NCBI RefSeq assembly: GCF_001528665.1 | Contig: NZ_BBYJ01000004.1 | Coordinates: forward strand, 310,472-374,471 | DNA from: Microtetraspora malaysiensis | GTDB lineage: Bacteria; Actinomycetota; Actinomycetes; Streptosporangiales; Streptosporangiaceae | Direction: 5' to 3' | DNA: 64,000 bases | Part shown: positions 1-10,218 of the stretch, in pieces | How the letters are laid out: every line of letters begins with the position of its first letter | Position numbering within the stretch: the first letter of the stretch is position 1 | Notes under the pieces: generated by a model | What the model saw: the letters and a program-made list of their open reading frames with translations, nothing else | Told to the model about the DNA's origin: nothing | Databases searched by the model: none | Made by a program: the position numbers and the translations under genes

Positions 1-155
1 CGAGCTCGGCCGTGATCGACTCGCCGGCAAGACCGAGCACGGCTTTGTCCATGAAGTTGACCAGCATGAACAGCAACAGCATCGTGACGACGCCCCAGGC
101 ACGCCGCCGGACGGCGACCGGGACATCGGGCTCGGTGATCGTGACCATCGACACT
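1..155 (-). CDS. MFS-type transporter, N-terminal fragment (gene runs off the window start)
   Basis: Reverse-strand translation from GTG near 153 gives VSMVTITEPDVPVAVRRRAWGVVTMLLLFMLVNFMDKAVLGLAGESITAELG: short cytoplasmic N-terminus followed by a hydrophobic TM1 typical of MFS permeases; divergent from PucR regulator. Confidence 0.35.
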
Positions 156-262
156 CTCCGGGGCGAGGGGTGACCTCACTGTGCGGCCGGGCCTCCGGTG
201 CGCACAATCAGCCCAAGCCCAGCCCTGTTGACGCCGGACTATGACATGTCACAATCCGTGGA

Positions 263-1447
263 GTGGAACAGGACGACTCCTCGGTCCTCGCCGCCCGGAT
301 CGCGGCCCGCTGTGTGCCCCAGGTGAACCGGCTCACCCGGGAGATCTTGGCCGAGCAGGAGGCGGTCGTGCCCGGGCTCGCCACACTCCCCGGCGCGATC
401 AAGGAACTGGAGATCGCCTCGACCACCCGGCACGGACTCCGGCTCTTCCTGCGCGTGGCGCGAGGAGAGGCCATCAAAGACGCCGACATGCGCCTGTTCC
501 GGGAACGCGCCGCGCAGCGGGTCGGCGACGGCGTGCCGCTGGCCTACCTGCTCAACGGCTACCTGGTCGGCCACCGGGCACTGTGGCGTGCGTTGTGCGC
601 GGCCACCCGTCCCGGGGAGGACGCCGGGCTGCACCGGCTCGGCGAACTGATACTGATGACGCTGGAGCGGACCACCACGGCGGCAAGCGAGGCCTACCTG
701 AGCGAGGTCATGCTGGCCGAGCGTGGCGAAGCGCTGCGGACCGTCGCGAGGATGCTGCTCTCCGGCCGGGCCACGAGCGACGTGGCCGCCCGGCACGGAG
801 TGGCGCTCGAACCCGGTTACCGCGTACTCGCCTTCGTGTTCGGCGATCCGTCTCCGGGGCCGAAGGGGCGCCGCCGCGTACACGCGATCCAGGCGACGCT
901 CGACCGGCTCGCCGGCGAACCTGTGCTCAGCTCGCTCGACACCGACGGCGGGCATGCGCTCCTCCCACTGCGGATCGCCATACCGGCCTCCCTGCTGTCC
1001 CACCGCCTGGTGGACGCCGTCGCTCCGGTGCACGCGGGGGTGACCGTCGCCGGGGACATCGCGGAGATCCCCGGCGCGGCCCGCCGGGCGACCAGGATCG
1101 CCGAGGTGGCCCGCGCGGGTGGGCGGCCCAGTGGCGTGTATGAACTCCGCGACGTGCTGCTCGACTACCATCTGGGCGCTCCGGGCGACAGCGGGACCGA
1201 GCTGGCCGGCCTGCTCGACGTACTGGACTCCACGCTGGTCGGGACCCTCGACGCCTACTTCACCGCCGACTTCGATCGGCGCGCCACCGCTGGCACGCTC
1301 GGCGTCCACCCCAACACCGTGGACAACCGCCTGGCCAAGGTCGCCACCCTGATCGGCGCCGATCCTCGCACCGCGCGCGGCGTCATGTTGATCGGCGCCG
1401 CCCTGACCGCCCGCAAACTCAACACCGCCGCCCTCGCGGATCCGTGA
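263..1447 (+). CDS. PucR/CdaR-family transcriptional regulator
   Basis: 394 aa ORF; C-terminal helix-turn-helix ...GTLGVHPNTVDNRLAKVATLIG... characteristic of PucR C-terminal HTH; clean stop at 1445-1447. Confidence 0.7.
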   Translation: MEQDDSSVLAARIAARCVPQVNRLTREILAEQEAVVPGLATLPGAIKELEIASTTRHGLRLFLRVARGEAIKDADMRLFRERAAQRVGDGVPLAYLLNGYLVGHRALWRALCAATRPGEDAGLHRLGELILMTLERTTTAASEAYLSEVMLAERGEALRTVARMLLSGRATSDVAARHGVALEPGYRVLAFVFGDPSPGPKGRRRVHAIQATLDRLAGEPVLSSLDTDGGHALLPLRIAIPASLLSHRLVDAVAPVHAGVTVAGDIAEIPGAARRATRIAEVARAGGRPSGVYELRDVLLDYHLGAPGDSGTELAGLLDVLDSTLVGTLDAYFTADFDRRATAGTLGVHPNTVDNRLAKVATLIGADPRTARGVMLIGAALTARKLNTAALADP

Positions 1448-1581
1448 CGCTCCCTTGGGCGCTGCCGCTGAGACAAGGGAGCACCTCGGCAGGCGTCGTC
1501 ATGGCTTGACCGCGACGGCACACCAGGTGCGCAGCGCGCCCGATGCCGGCCGTTCCGGCCACCTGTTCACCTGCTCCTCGC

Positions 1582-1929
1582 CTAGTCCTGGTCGAACTCA
1601 ATACGCAGCCGGCTGACGTAGGCGCCGTCATCGGTCTGGGTCCCTCCCACACGCGACTCTCCGACGCGCGAATGATCCGGACCGGCCCCTGGACGACGCA
1701 CCTCGATGGCGCGAATCCGGCAACCGTCCTGGGGAAACGCCTCCCAGGTGAAGTAGACGGTTTCGCCTGACGTGAGGGATCGGTACCCGGCGTCTCGCTG
1801 GGAGATCATCGAGAAATGGACGAACACGTCGCCGGGCACGTCGCCGGACCTGACGATGCCGAAACCTTCCTCGTCACTCCACGAAGCCACGACACCCTCC
1901 GCCCAGAAATGCGGCCGGGAATCGGTCAT
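1582..1929 (-). CDS. Cold-shock domain (CspA-like) protein with C-terminal extension
   Basis: WSDEEGFGIVRSGDVPGDVFVHFSMISQRDAGYRSLTSGETVYFTWEAFPQDG matches the cold-shock OB-fold RNP motifs (GFGFI / VFVHF). Confidence 0.65.
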   Translation of the reverse strand: MTDSRPHFWAEGVVASWSDEEGFGIVRSGDVPGDVFVHFSMISQRDAGYRSLTSGETVYFTWEAFPQDGCRIRAIEVRRPGAGPDHSRVGESRVGGTQTDDGAYVSRLRIEFDQD

Positions 1930-1956
1930 GTGAACCTCGCTTCCACGAACCCGCCC

Positions 1957-2562
1957 TCAGCGGGCGTCACCCCTTCCATCATGGACGGCGCGCGACAGAC
2001 CGCGGGCACGCACACCTTGGCGCGCGCTTGCTCGCCCGGGCGTCAGCACACCCGGGCGAGCAGCTCGCGCACCCGGGGCTCGTACAGTACGGCTCCCGAC
2101 CTGGCGACCAGGTCGCGGGCCGCCGTAAGGTGCCGAACCGCGGCTTCCTGATCGCCGAACGCCAGCGCCAGCCGTCCGAGGCAGAGGTCGGCCACCGACC
2201 AGCCGCCGCCCCTCGGCGATCCGGTCCCTGGCCCGGCCCAGGTCGTAACCGTCCTCGGGCATGACGAGCGCGTACCCGCCGGGCGTGCTGACCAGTACGG
2301 ACGGGCTGTCTCTCCGGGTGCGCCCCGGCTCTAAGACGCGGCGCAGCTTGGAGATGTACGCCTGGACGGTGTTGACCGCCCGCGGCGGCGGCTCCTCCGC
2401 CCAGAGCGCGTCGACGATCCGGGCGGCGCTGACCGGCCGGGGCACGGCCAGCATGCAGAGCGCGAGCACGGCCCGCTGCTGCGCCGGCCCGGTGTCGAGC
2501 ACGGTCCCGTCGTCGCTGATCACGGACACGGGGCCGAGCAGGCGGAACTCCACGTCGGTCAC
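1957..2562 (-). pseudogene. SARP/AfsR-family regulator (OmpR-type winged-helix DBD), BTAD portion apparently frameshifted/truncated
   Basis: N-terminus MTDVEFRLLGPVSVISDDGTVLDTGPAQQRAVLALCML...RIVDALWAEEPPPRAVNTVQAYISKLRRVL is a typical SARP DNA-binding domain. The expected bacterial transcriptional activation domain continues in another frame: reverse complement of 2150-2200 reads GWSVADLCLGRLALA. Confidence 0.45.
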
Positions 2563-2709
2563 TCTCCTGGTCGCGCTGCGCCGACTTTATGCAGATATCG
2601 GACGCTTAAATAGGCCAGGTGGTTGAGGCCGATACGCATCACACGCGCCGGTGACGGCCGGTCGCGCGAGAGCACGACGGACCGCCGGAGGCGCGGCCAC
2701 GCTCAAGGC

Positions 2710-2802
2710 GAGGCGGGCCGGCCCGTCACTTCAGCTTGGCGAGGCGGGCCGCCCCGTCACTTCAGCTTGGCGAGGCGGGCCGCCCCGTCACTTCAGCTTG
2801 GC
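2710..2802. repeat. Three perfect/near-perfect tandem copies of a 31-bp unit (gaggcgggccgccccgtcacttcagcttggc) spanning the stop codon of the DUF305 gene
   Basis: Units at 2710-2740, 2741-2771, 2772-2802; only one mismatch (G/C in unit 1). Each unit encodes ...LAKLK-stop on the minus strand, i.e. the gene 3' end is triplicated. Confidence 0.9.
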
Positions 2803-3480
2803 GAGGTAGCCCTTCATCTCCTTGATCTCGGCCTTCTGCGTGCCGATGATCGTCTTGGCCATCGCCTTGGCGTCCGCGAAGGCACCGGAGGCGATCTCCT
2901 CCTCGGACATCTTGATCGCACCCTGGTGATGCTTGATCATCAGCGTGATGAAGAGGCGGTCGAACGGGGAGCCGTCGGCCTGGGCGAGCTTGGCGATATC
3001 GGCCTTGGCCAGCATGCCCGGCATCGCGTGGTCACGCGGGAGGGGCTCCTCGCCCCAGCCGTCCAGCCACCCCTTCATGGTCCGGATCTCCGGGTCCTGC
3101 GCCTCGGTGATCTTCGCGGCGAGGTCCCTGATCCACTGGTCGCCGGCCTGGGTCCGGGCGAGCCCGGCCATGTCGATGGCCTGCAGATGGTGCGGGATCA
3201 TCATCTTCGCGAAGGAGATGTCCGCGTCGTTGTGCCCCGCCGCGTCACCCGGGTCCCCAGCATCGGACGGAGACTCGGAGGGAGAGTCGGACGGCTCCCC
3301 GGCCGCGGACGGCGTGTCCGAGGCGACGGCCGACGGCGACGCGGCCGCGGTGTCGGACGCCGCCGCGGCCGACGGGGACGGAGCCGCGGCGTCCGTTCCG
3401 GAGCCGGAGCACCCGGCGAGCATGGTCAGCGCGACCGCGCCCGCGACGACCGGCAGGACGATCCGGCTAAAGCTGGTCAC
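2788..3480 (-). CDS. DUF305-family secreted lipoprotein
   Basis: Lipoprotein signal (RIVLPVVAGAVALTMLAGCSG lipobox) then DUF305 His-rich repeats (MMIPHHLQAIDMA ... LMIKHHQGAIKMS). Start placed at GTG 3478-3480; upstream in-frame ATG at 3597 also possible. Ser/Pro/Ala-rich linker. Confidence 0.65.
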   Translation of the reverse strand: MTSFSRIVLPVVAGAVALTMLAGCSGSGTDAAAPSPSAAAASDTAAASPSAVASDTPSAAGEPSDSPSESPSDAGDPGDAAGHNDADISFAKMMIPHHLQAIDMAGLARTQAGDQWIRDLAAKITEAQDPEIRTMKGWLDGWGEEPLPRDHAMPGMLAKADIAKLAQADGSPFDRLFITLMIKHHQGAIKMSEEEIASGAFADAKAMAKTIIGTQKAEIKEMKGYLAKLK

Positions 3481-3784
3481 TCGGAAGGAACCTTTCTCAG
3501 CGGGGCCAGAATGGTACAGACCGAAAGAGAGGCTTCCGCCGGTCCGTGATCTCGTTGTCAAGGACCCTACCGCGACGAGCACGCAGCCCTTCGTCACTCA
3601 GTTCGACCATTGATGGTCAAGGCGCCGGTCAACCCGCTTTCTTCATCGCCGTTCGCCGGAATACGTTCGCGTTCTCCACGGCGAAATCCCGCGTTGAGCT
3701 GCTATTGAACTGCCACCGAACTGCCGCGAAAACAACAGGACAGCAGGCCCCTGACCATATCGAACGGGGGCCGAATACTCCGAA

Positions 3785-3806
3785 AGGTTTCATACGGATG
3801 AAACCT
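3785..3806. promoter_or_regulatory. 9-bp perfect inverted repeat with 4-nt spacer (aggtttcat acgg atgaaacct)
   Basis: Read directly; lies in the relatively AT-rich intergenic region upstream of the LacI gene, just 5' of a TTGACA -35-like hexamer at 3810-3815. Confidence 0.4.
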
Positions 3807-3840
3807 CTGTTGACACGCACGAAACAGTGATACGTTCCGT

Positions 3841-3854
3841 TGGGAGCGCTCCCA
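3841..3854. promoter_or_regulatory. Perfect CebR-box operator TGGGAGCGCTCCCA
   Basis: Exact 14-bp palindrome identical to the published Streptomyces CebR (cellobiose/cello-oligosaccharide repressor) consensus; 30 bp upstream of the LacI-family gene start (ATG 3885 with GGAGA ribosome-binding site). Confidence 0.7.
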
Positions 3855-3884
3855 AGCCGTAACACTTCGGGCCGAGGAGACGGA

Positions 3885-4875
3885 ATGGCCGATCTTCCCA
3901 CCCTCGCGGAGGTAGCCGCCGCAGCCGGCGTCTCTCCGGCGACCGCGTCCCGGGTCCTCACCGGCTCGGTCCGCGTGACGACCTCCACCCGCCGTCAGGT
4001 GCACGACGCCATGTCCCGCCTCGGCTACGTACGGCGACGCGCGCCCCGCGGCTCCGGGGGCAGGCGCACCGACCAGATCATCGCCGCCGTCGTCTGCGAG
4101 CAGACTCCGCGACTCTTCAGCGAGCCCTTCTACGCCAGGCTGCTGTCCGCCTGCGAGGACACGCTGGCGGCGCACGGCGTCCCGATGGTCGTCATGACCG
4201 CCACGCCCGCGACCACGGCGATCGCCGCCCCGCCGCTGGTCGCGGGGGCGGTGGACGGGGTGCTCCTGGTGAGCGCCCGATCGCGCCACCCGCTCGCGGT
4301 CACCCTCGCCGCCTCGGGCATCCCCGTACGCTGCGCGGGCCGTCCCCCGGACGGCGTCGAGCTGCCGTACGTCGACATTGACAACCAGGACGGCGGGCGG
4401 CAGGCGGCCGAGCACCTCCTGCTGAGCAACCGGAGGGCCATCGCGATCATCGCCGGCCCCCCGACGCTCCCCGCCGCCAGGGACCGCCTGGACGGGTTCC
4501 GCCAGACGCTCCGCGACGCGGGCGTCGCCGACCCGCCGGTCGCGTACGGCGACTTCAGCCACGCCTCCGGCGCGCACGCCATGCAGTGGCTGCTGCAACG
4601 GGCGCCGCACCTGGACGCCGTCTTCGCCGCGTCGGACGTCATGGCGGCCGGGGCCATGCAGACGCTGCGCCGCGCCGGGCGCAAGGTGCCGGACGACGTC
4701 GCCGTGGTCGGCTTCGACGACGCGCCGATCGCCCGGCACACCTCCCCCACCCTGACCACCGTCCGCCAGCCCGTCGAGGAGCTCGCCTCACTCGCCGCCA
4801 AGCTGCTCCTCGCCTCGGTGGCCGAGGCCAGGGTGTCCGAGGGCGACCCGGTGCTGCCCACGGAACTGGTGGTTC

Positions 4876-4889
<14 letters not shown>
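3885..4889 (+). CDS. LacI-family transcriptional regulator (candidate CebR-like, autoregulated)
   Basis: N-terminal HTH MADLPTLAEVAAAAGVSPATASRVLTG followed by periplasmic-binding-protein-like sugar-binding fold; ribosome-binding site GGAGA before ATG 3885; CebR box immediately upstream. Confidence 0.75.
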
Positions 4890-6528
<1,639 letters not shown>

Positions 6529-6529
6529 G

Positions 6530-6581
6530 CCCGCGCCTGAAACCCGCGCCTGAACCCCGCGCCTGAAACCCGCGCCTGAAA
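6530..6581. repeat. Four tandem copies of a 13-bp unit cccgcgcctgaa(a/c) immediately after the kinase stop codon
   Basis: Units 6530-6542, 6543-6555, 6556-6568, 6569-6581; one unit carries a single A to C change. Confidence 0.85.
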
Positions 6582-6587
6582 CACGGT

Positions 6588-6620
6588 GTTCCCGGCAAGA
6601 CGGGACGCCTTGCCGGGAAC
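6588..6620. terminator. Bidirectional intrinsic-terminator-like hairpin between convergent kinase and GH8 genes
   Basis: 12-bp perfect stem gttcccggcaag / cttgccgggaac with 9-nt loop; no strong T-run (common in high-GC actinomycetes). Confidence 0.5.
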
Positions 6621-6651
6621 GGTTCGAGCTCGGGACCTCAGGCCGGCCGGG

Positions 6652-8280
6652 TCACGGCAGCCAGTAGTTGCCGGAGGCCAGGATCATGACCTGGAGCTGG
6701 ATGCTGGCCGAGTAGTAGTCGTTGGACGAGAACGACGTGTTGACCATCTTCGTCCACAGCGCGTCGAGCCACGCCTGGCTGCCCGGGTCCGTCATCGCGG
6801 TCACCGCGAACGGGGCGAAGAAGGCGGGCTCGCTGCCGCTGCTGATCTGTGAGCCGCTCAGCGCGTACCCGACGCCGATGCTGTTCGCGTTGCCGCCGGC
6901 CTTGCTCTTGATCCACGTGTTGATCTTCCGGGCGGAGGCCAGGGACGCGCTGTCGCCGCTGGTCACGGCGTCGGCGCCGATGCGCCAGGGGTCGCGGCAG
7001 GCGTTCCACCAGTACTTGCCGTCGTTCGCGTCCTCCAGCACCTTGCCCGGCGCGGGCTTGGGTGTGGTGTTCGTGTTGACCACGAAGTCCGCGAGCAGGC
7101 CGGTGCTTGACGCGTAGTTCGCCTGCTGGGAGGTGATCAGGTTCTGGTGCGCCGTCCTGATCGTGTCCCACGCGCTGTCACCGGTGGCCTTCTTGAACGC
7201 CCGGAAGTGGTCGATCATCCAGTCGGACGAGCGGGTGACGTAGTACAGCGAGTCGCCCGAGGTGCTCCAGTCGCCCAGCAGCGTCAGGTGGGTCGTCGGG
7301 TTCACCTCGTTGGCCTTGATCGCATTGATGTGCTTGACGGCCAGATCCTTGTAGTTGTACGTCCCGGAGCTCCCCCACTGCCGGTCGGCCAGCAGCAGGC
7401 CGAGCGCGACGTCCAGGTCGCCGTCGGTGGCCGAGTCGGAGCCGTTGACGCTCTTGCACGAGGAGTCCTGCTCGGCCGCGAGCAGGTTGGGGTTGTGCAC
7501 GGACGGGTGGGCCAGCATGTACTTGACCATCCCGTCGAAGATCGTCTTCGCGTTGGAGTCGGCCCCGGCCATGGTGGCGACCACGACCATGCCGTAGCCC
7601 TGTCCCTCGGCGACGTAGGGGTGGTCGGCGTCCGGCGAGATCACCTGGTACCAGCCGTTCCCGCAGTTCTGCCGGATGAAGGCGGACTTCCACTTGCCGT
7701 AGTAGTCGATCACCTTCTGGTCGAGCGTCGCCTGGGAGCCCGTCGGGCGCAGCGTCCCGGCCGCGTACGCGAACTGGTGGCTGCCGAAGGGCACGGCCGG
7801 GCCGGTGCCGCCGCCGCCGTCCTGGCTGACCACGGTGAGCTTGTCGACGTTCGGCCCGCCGTCCGCGCCGGTCCCGGTGGCCCGGACGGTGTTGGTGCCC
7901 GCCTTGAGGGTGACCGAGACCGACGTGTCGGCCCAGGTGTCCCAGCTCCCGGTCCCCGCGAAGGACACGCCGGTCGCGACCGTGGTCCCGTTGACCGCGA
8001 TGTCCATCGGGCGCGCGGTCGTCGTGCCGTTGGCGTACCGGAGGGTCAGCGTGGCCGGGCCGGCCGCGGCCGAGGACGCCGACCACTGCACGTAGCCGCC
8101 GGCGGCGTTGACGTAGTCGACGAATCCGGTCCCGGTGTATCCGGTGTGGTTGGTGGCCACCGAGGCCCCGGAGAGCGTGGCGTCCTCGGCCTGGTAGACG
8201 GTCGTCGCCGCGGCGGCGGGATGGGCCGTGGCCAGGGGAAGCAGCAGTCCCGCGACGATGATCAATGGTCGAATGCGCAT
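6652..8280 (-). CDS. Secreted glycoside hydrolase family 8 with N-terminal CBM6/35-like carbohydrate-binding module
   Basis: Signal peptide MRIRPLIIVAGLLLPLATAHPAAAA; CBM-like module (TVYQAEDATLSGASVATNHTGYTGTGFVDY...); GH8 (alpha/alpha)6 catalytic region (ACRDPWRIGADA, WIKSKAGG...) consistent with chitosanase/endoglucanase/xylanase family GH8. Confidence 0.65.
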   Translation of the reverse strand: MRIRPLIIVAGLLLPLATAHPAAAATTVYQAEDATLSGASVATNHTGYTGTGFVDYVNAAGGYVQWSASSAAAGPATLTLRYANGTTTARPMDIAVNGTTVATGVSFAGTGSWDTWADTSVSVTLKAGTNTVRATGTGADGGPNVDKLTVVSQDGGGGTGPAVPFGSHQFAYAAGTLRPTGSQATLDQKVIDYYGKWKSAFIRQNCGNGWYQVISPDADHPYVAEGQGYGMVVVATMAGADSNAKTIFDGMVKYMLAHPSVHNPNLLAAEQDSSCKSVNGSDSATDGDLDVALGLLLADRQWGSSGTYNYKDLAVKHINAIKANEVNPTTHLTLLGDWSTSGDSLYYVTRSSDWMIDHFRAFKKATGDSAWDTIRTAHQNLITSQQANYASSTGLLADFVVNTNTTPKPAPGKVLEDANDGKYWWNACRDPWRIGADAVTSGDSASLASARKINTWIKSKAGGNANSIGVGYALSGSQISSGSEPAFFAPFAVTAMTDPGSQAWLDALWTKMVNTSFSSNDYYSASIQLQVMILASGNYWLP

Positions 8281-8419
8281 CTCATCTCATCCTGTGTGGT
8301 GACGAGGATCGGCTGGAGGCGTGCGCCGGGGCCGGTACGGACCCGGAGATCGGTCGGGGCCCGGACGACTCGCGTCCGGGCGGGGGGACGGGGTGCCGCG
8401 CGGTCAGGACGGGGCGAAG

Positions 8420-8438
8420 GTTAGGAAAGCTTCCTAAC
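8420..8438. promoter_or_regulatory. 8-3-8 perfect inverted repeat GTTAGGAA agc TTCCTAAC followed by TTTT
   Basis: Read directly; lies between GH13 stop and GH8 start in an otherwise GC-rich spacer; could be operator or terminator. Confidence 0.35.
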
Positions 8439-8585
8439 TTTTGCTGCTATGGCACCAGCCGGGCCGCCCATCGTCAAGACCCAAAAATCAGCCGCATCCG
8501 CCCGGCCGACTCCCCGCCTGACGCCGCTCCACGGCGAAGGGCCCGGACGGGAGCGATCCCGTCCGGGCCCTTCGCCCGTCGTGCC

Positions 8586-10175
8586 TCAGACCAGCCAGGC
8601 CGCCGTGTCGGCGCGCAGGAGGTCGCCGTCGAGCGGCCCGCTGGCGAGCAGCACCGCCTCGTGCGGCGGCAGCCGCACGGGGTCGGGGCCGAGGTTGACG
8701 ACGCAGGTCACGCCGGTGTCGCGGGTGAAGGCGAGCACGGAGTCGCCCAGCGGCAGCCAGGTCATGGCGCCGTCGCCGAGCCGCTCGTGGCGGAGGCGCA
8801 GCGCGGCCCGGTACAGCGACAGCATCGACCCGGGATCGGCCCGCTGCGCCTCGACCGTGAGGTCCTTCCACGCGGCCGGCTGCGGAAGCCACGGCTCGCC
8901 CGTGCTGTACCCGAACGGCGACTCGCTGCCCGACCAGGGCAGCGGCACGCGGCATCCGTCCCGGCCCGGCACGGTGTGCCCGGAGCGGCGCCACATGGGG
9001 TCCTCGCGCAGCTCGCCCGGGATGTCCTCCACCTCCGGCAGCCCCAGCTCCTCGCCCTGGTAGACGTACACGCTGCCGGGCAGGGCCATGGCGAGCAGCG
9101 CCGCCGCCCTGGCCCGGCGGTACCCCAGCTCGGGGTCGTGCGGCGCGCCGTCCCTGCGGTCGGCGTTGTCCCAGGACGTGTCGGCCCTGCCGTACCGGGT
9201 GACGGGGCGGGCGACGTCGTGGTTGGACAGCACCCAGGTCGCGGGGGCGCCCAGCGGGACGTGCGTCGCCAGGGTCAGGTCGATGGCCCGGCGCAACGCC
9301 CCCGCCTCCCAGGCGGAGGAGAGGAAGTCGAAGTTGAAGGCGGTGTGCAGCTCGTCCGGCCGGAGATACCGGGCGAACCGCTCCTGGTCGGGCAGCCACA
9401 CCTCCCCGATGAGCGCGCGGCCCGGGTACTCGTCGCAGACCCGCCGCCACTCCCGGTAGATGTCGTGGACGCCGTCGTGGTCGGTGTAGGACTCCTCCAC
9501 GCTGTCCAGGTCTTTCAGGAGCACGGCGGCGGAGTCGATGCGGAAGCCGTCCACGCCGCGGTCGAACCAGAACCGCAGGATGTCCAGGAACTCGGCGCGG
9601 ACCCGCGGGTTCTCCCAGTTGAAGTCCGGCTGCTCGGGAGCGAAGAGGTGCAGGTACCACTCCCCGTCCGGGACACGGGTCCAGGCGGGCCCGCCGAAGA
9701 TGGAGCGCCAGCCGTTGGGCGGGGTGTCGCCGTCGCCCTCGCGGAACCAGAACCGCTTCCTGGCCTCCGAACCGGGACCGGCGGCCAGCGCCTCCTGGAA
9801 CCAGGCGTGGCGGTCGGATCCGTGGTTGGGCACGACGTCGATGATGACCCGGATGCCGTGGGCGTGCGCCTCCTCGATCAGCGCCTCCGCCTCCGGCAGG
9901 GTGCCGAAGACCGGTTCGATGCCCCGGTAGTCGGCCACGTCGTACCCGCCGTCGGCCATCGGCGACGGGTACCACGGGTTGAGCCAGATCGCGTCCACGC
10001 CGAGATCGGCGAGGTACGGCAGGCGGGCCCGCAGCCCCGCCAGGTCTCCGGTGCCGTCGCCGTTCCCGTCGGCGAAGCTGCGCAGGTACACCTGGTAGAT
10101 CGCGGCGCCGCGCCACCATTCTTCTTCGGGTTGTGGAGTGGTCCCCCGAGAGGCATTGCCGGACATGCTGAACAC
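8586..10175 (-). CDS. GH13 alpha-glucosidase / oligo-1,6-glucosidase
   Basis: WWRGAAIYQVYLRSFADGNGDGTGDLAGL..LGVDAIWLNPWYPSPMADGGYDVADY...GIRVIIDVVPNHGSD: canonical GH13 subfamily 31/23 N-terminal and catalytic motifs. Confidence 0.85.
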   Translation of the reverse strand: MFSMSGNASRGTTPQPEEEWWRGAAIYQVYLRSFADGNGDGTGDLAGLRARLPYLADLGVDAIWLNPWYPSPMADGGYDVADYRGIEPVFGTLPEAEALIEEAHAHGIRVIIDVVPNHGSDRHAWFQEALAAGPGSEARKRFWFREGDGDTPPNGWRSIFGGPAWTRVPDGEWYLHLFAPEQPDFNWENPRVRAEFLDILRFWFDRGVDGFRIDSAAVLLKDLDSVEESYTDHDGVHDIYREWRRVCDEYPGRALIGEVWLPDQERFARYLRPDELHTAFNFDFLSSAWEAGALRRAIDLTLATHVPLGAPATWVLSNHDVARPVTRYGRADTSWDNADRRDGAPHDPELGYRRARAAALLAMALPGSVYVYQGEELGLPEVEDIPGELREDPMWRRSGHTVPGRDGCRVPLPWSGSESPFGYSTGEPWLPQPAAWKDLTVEAQRADPGSMLSLYRAALRLRHERLGDGAMTWLPLGDSVLAFTRDTGVTCVVNLGPDPVRLPPHEAVLLASGPLDGDLLRADTAAWLV

Positions 10176-10218
10176 AGCTCCTTACACAGATGGGTGAACC
10201 GGCGGACGCGCGGCCGCG

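Noticed and set aside
239-1309. Long antisense/alternate-frame ORFs overlapping the PucR gene (356 aa minus, 300 aa plus). The same pattern occurs throughout the window, e.g. 4639-6501, 7147-8424, 12321-13406, 18592-20763, 28076-31105, 30561-33503 and 46694-48211.
   Set aside because: Typical high-GC artefacts: low-complexity Arg/Pro/Gly-rich translations, no domain signatures, and each is fully shadowed by a domain-bearing ORF on the other strand or frame.
2700-2810. Tandem repeats at 2710-2802, 6530-6581, 24178-24330 and 30839-30886, considered as possible CRISPR arrays.
   Set aside because: The units (12-31 bp) are directly adjacent with no unique spacers, there are only 3-6 copies, and no cas genes are present. 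They are minisatellites, not CRISPR.
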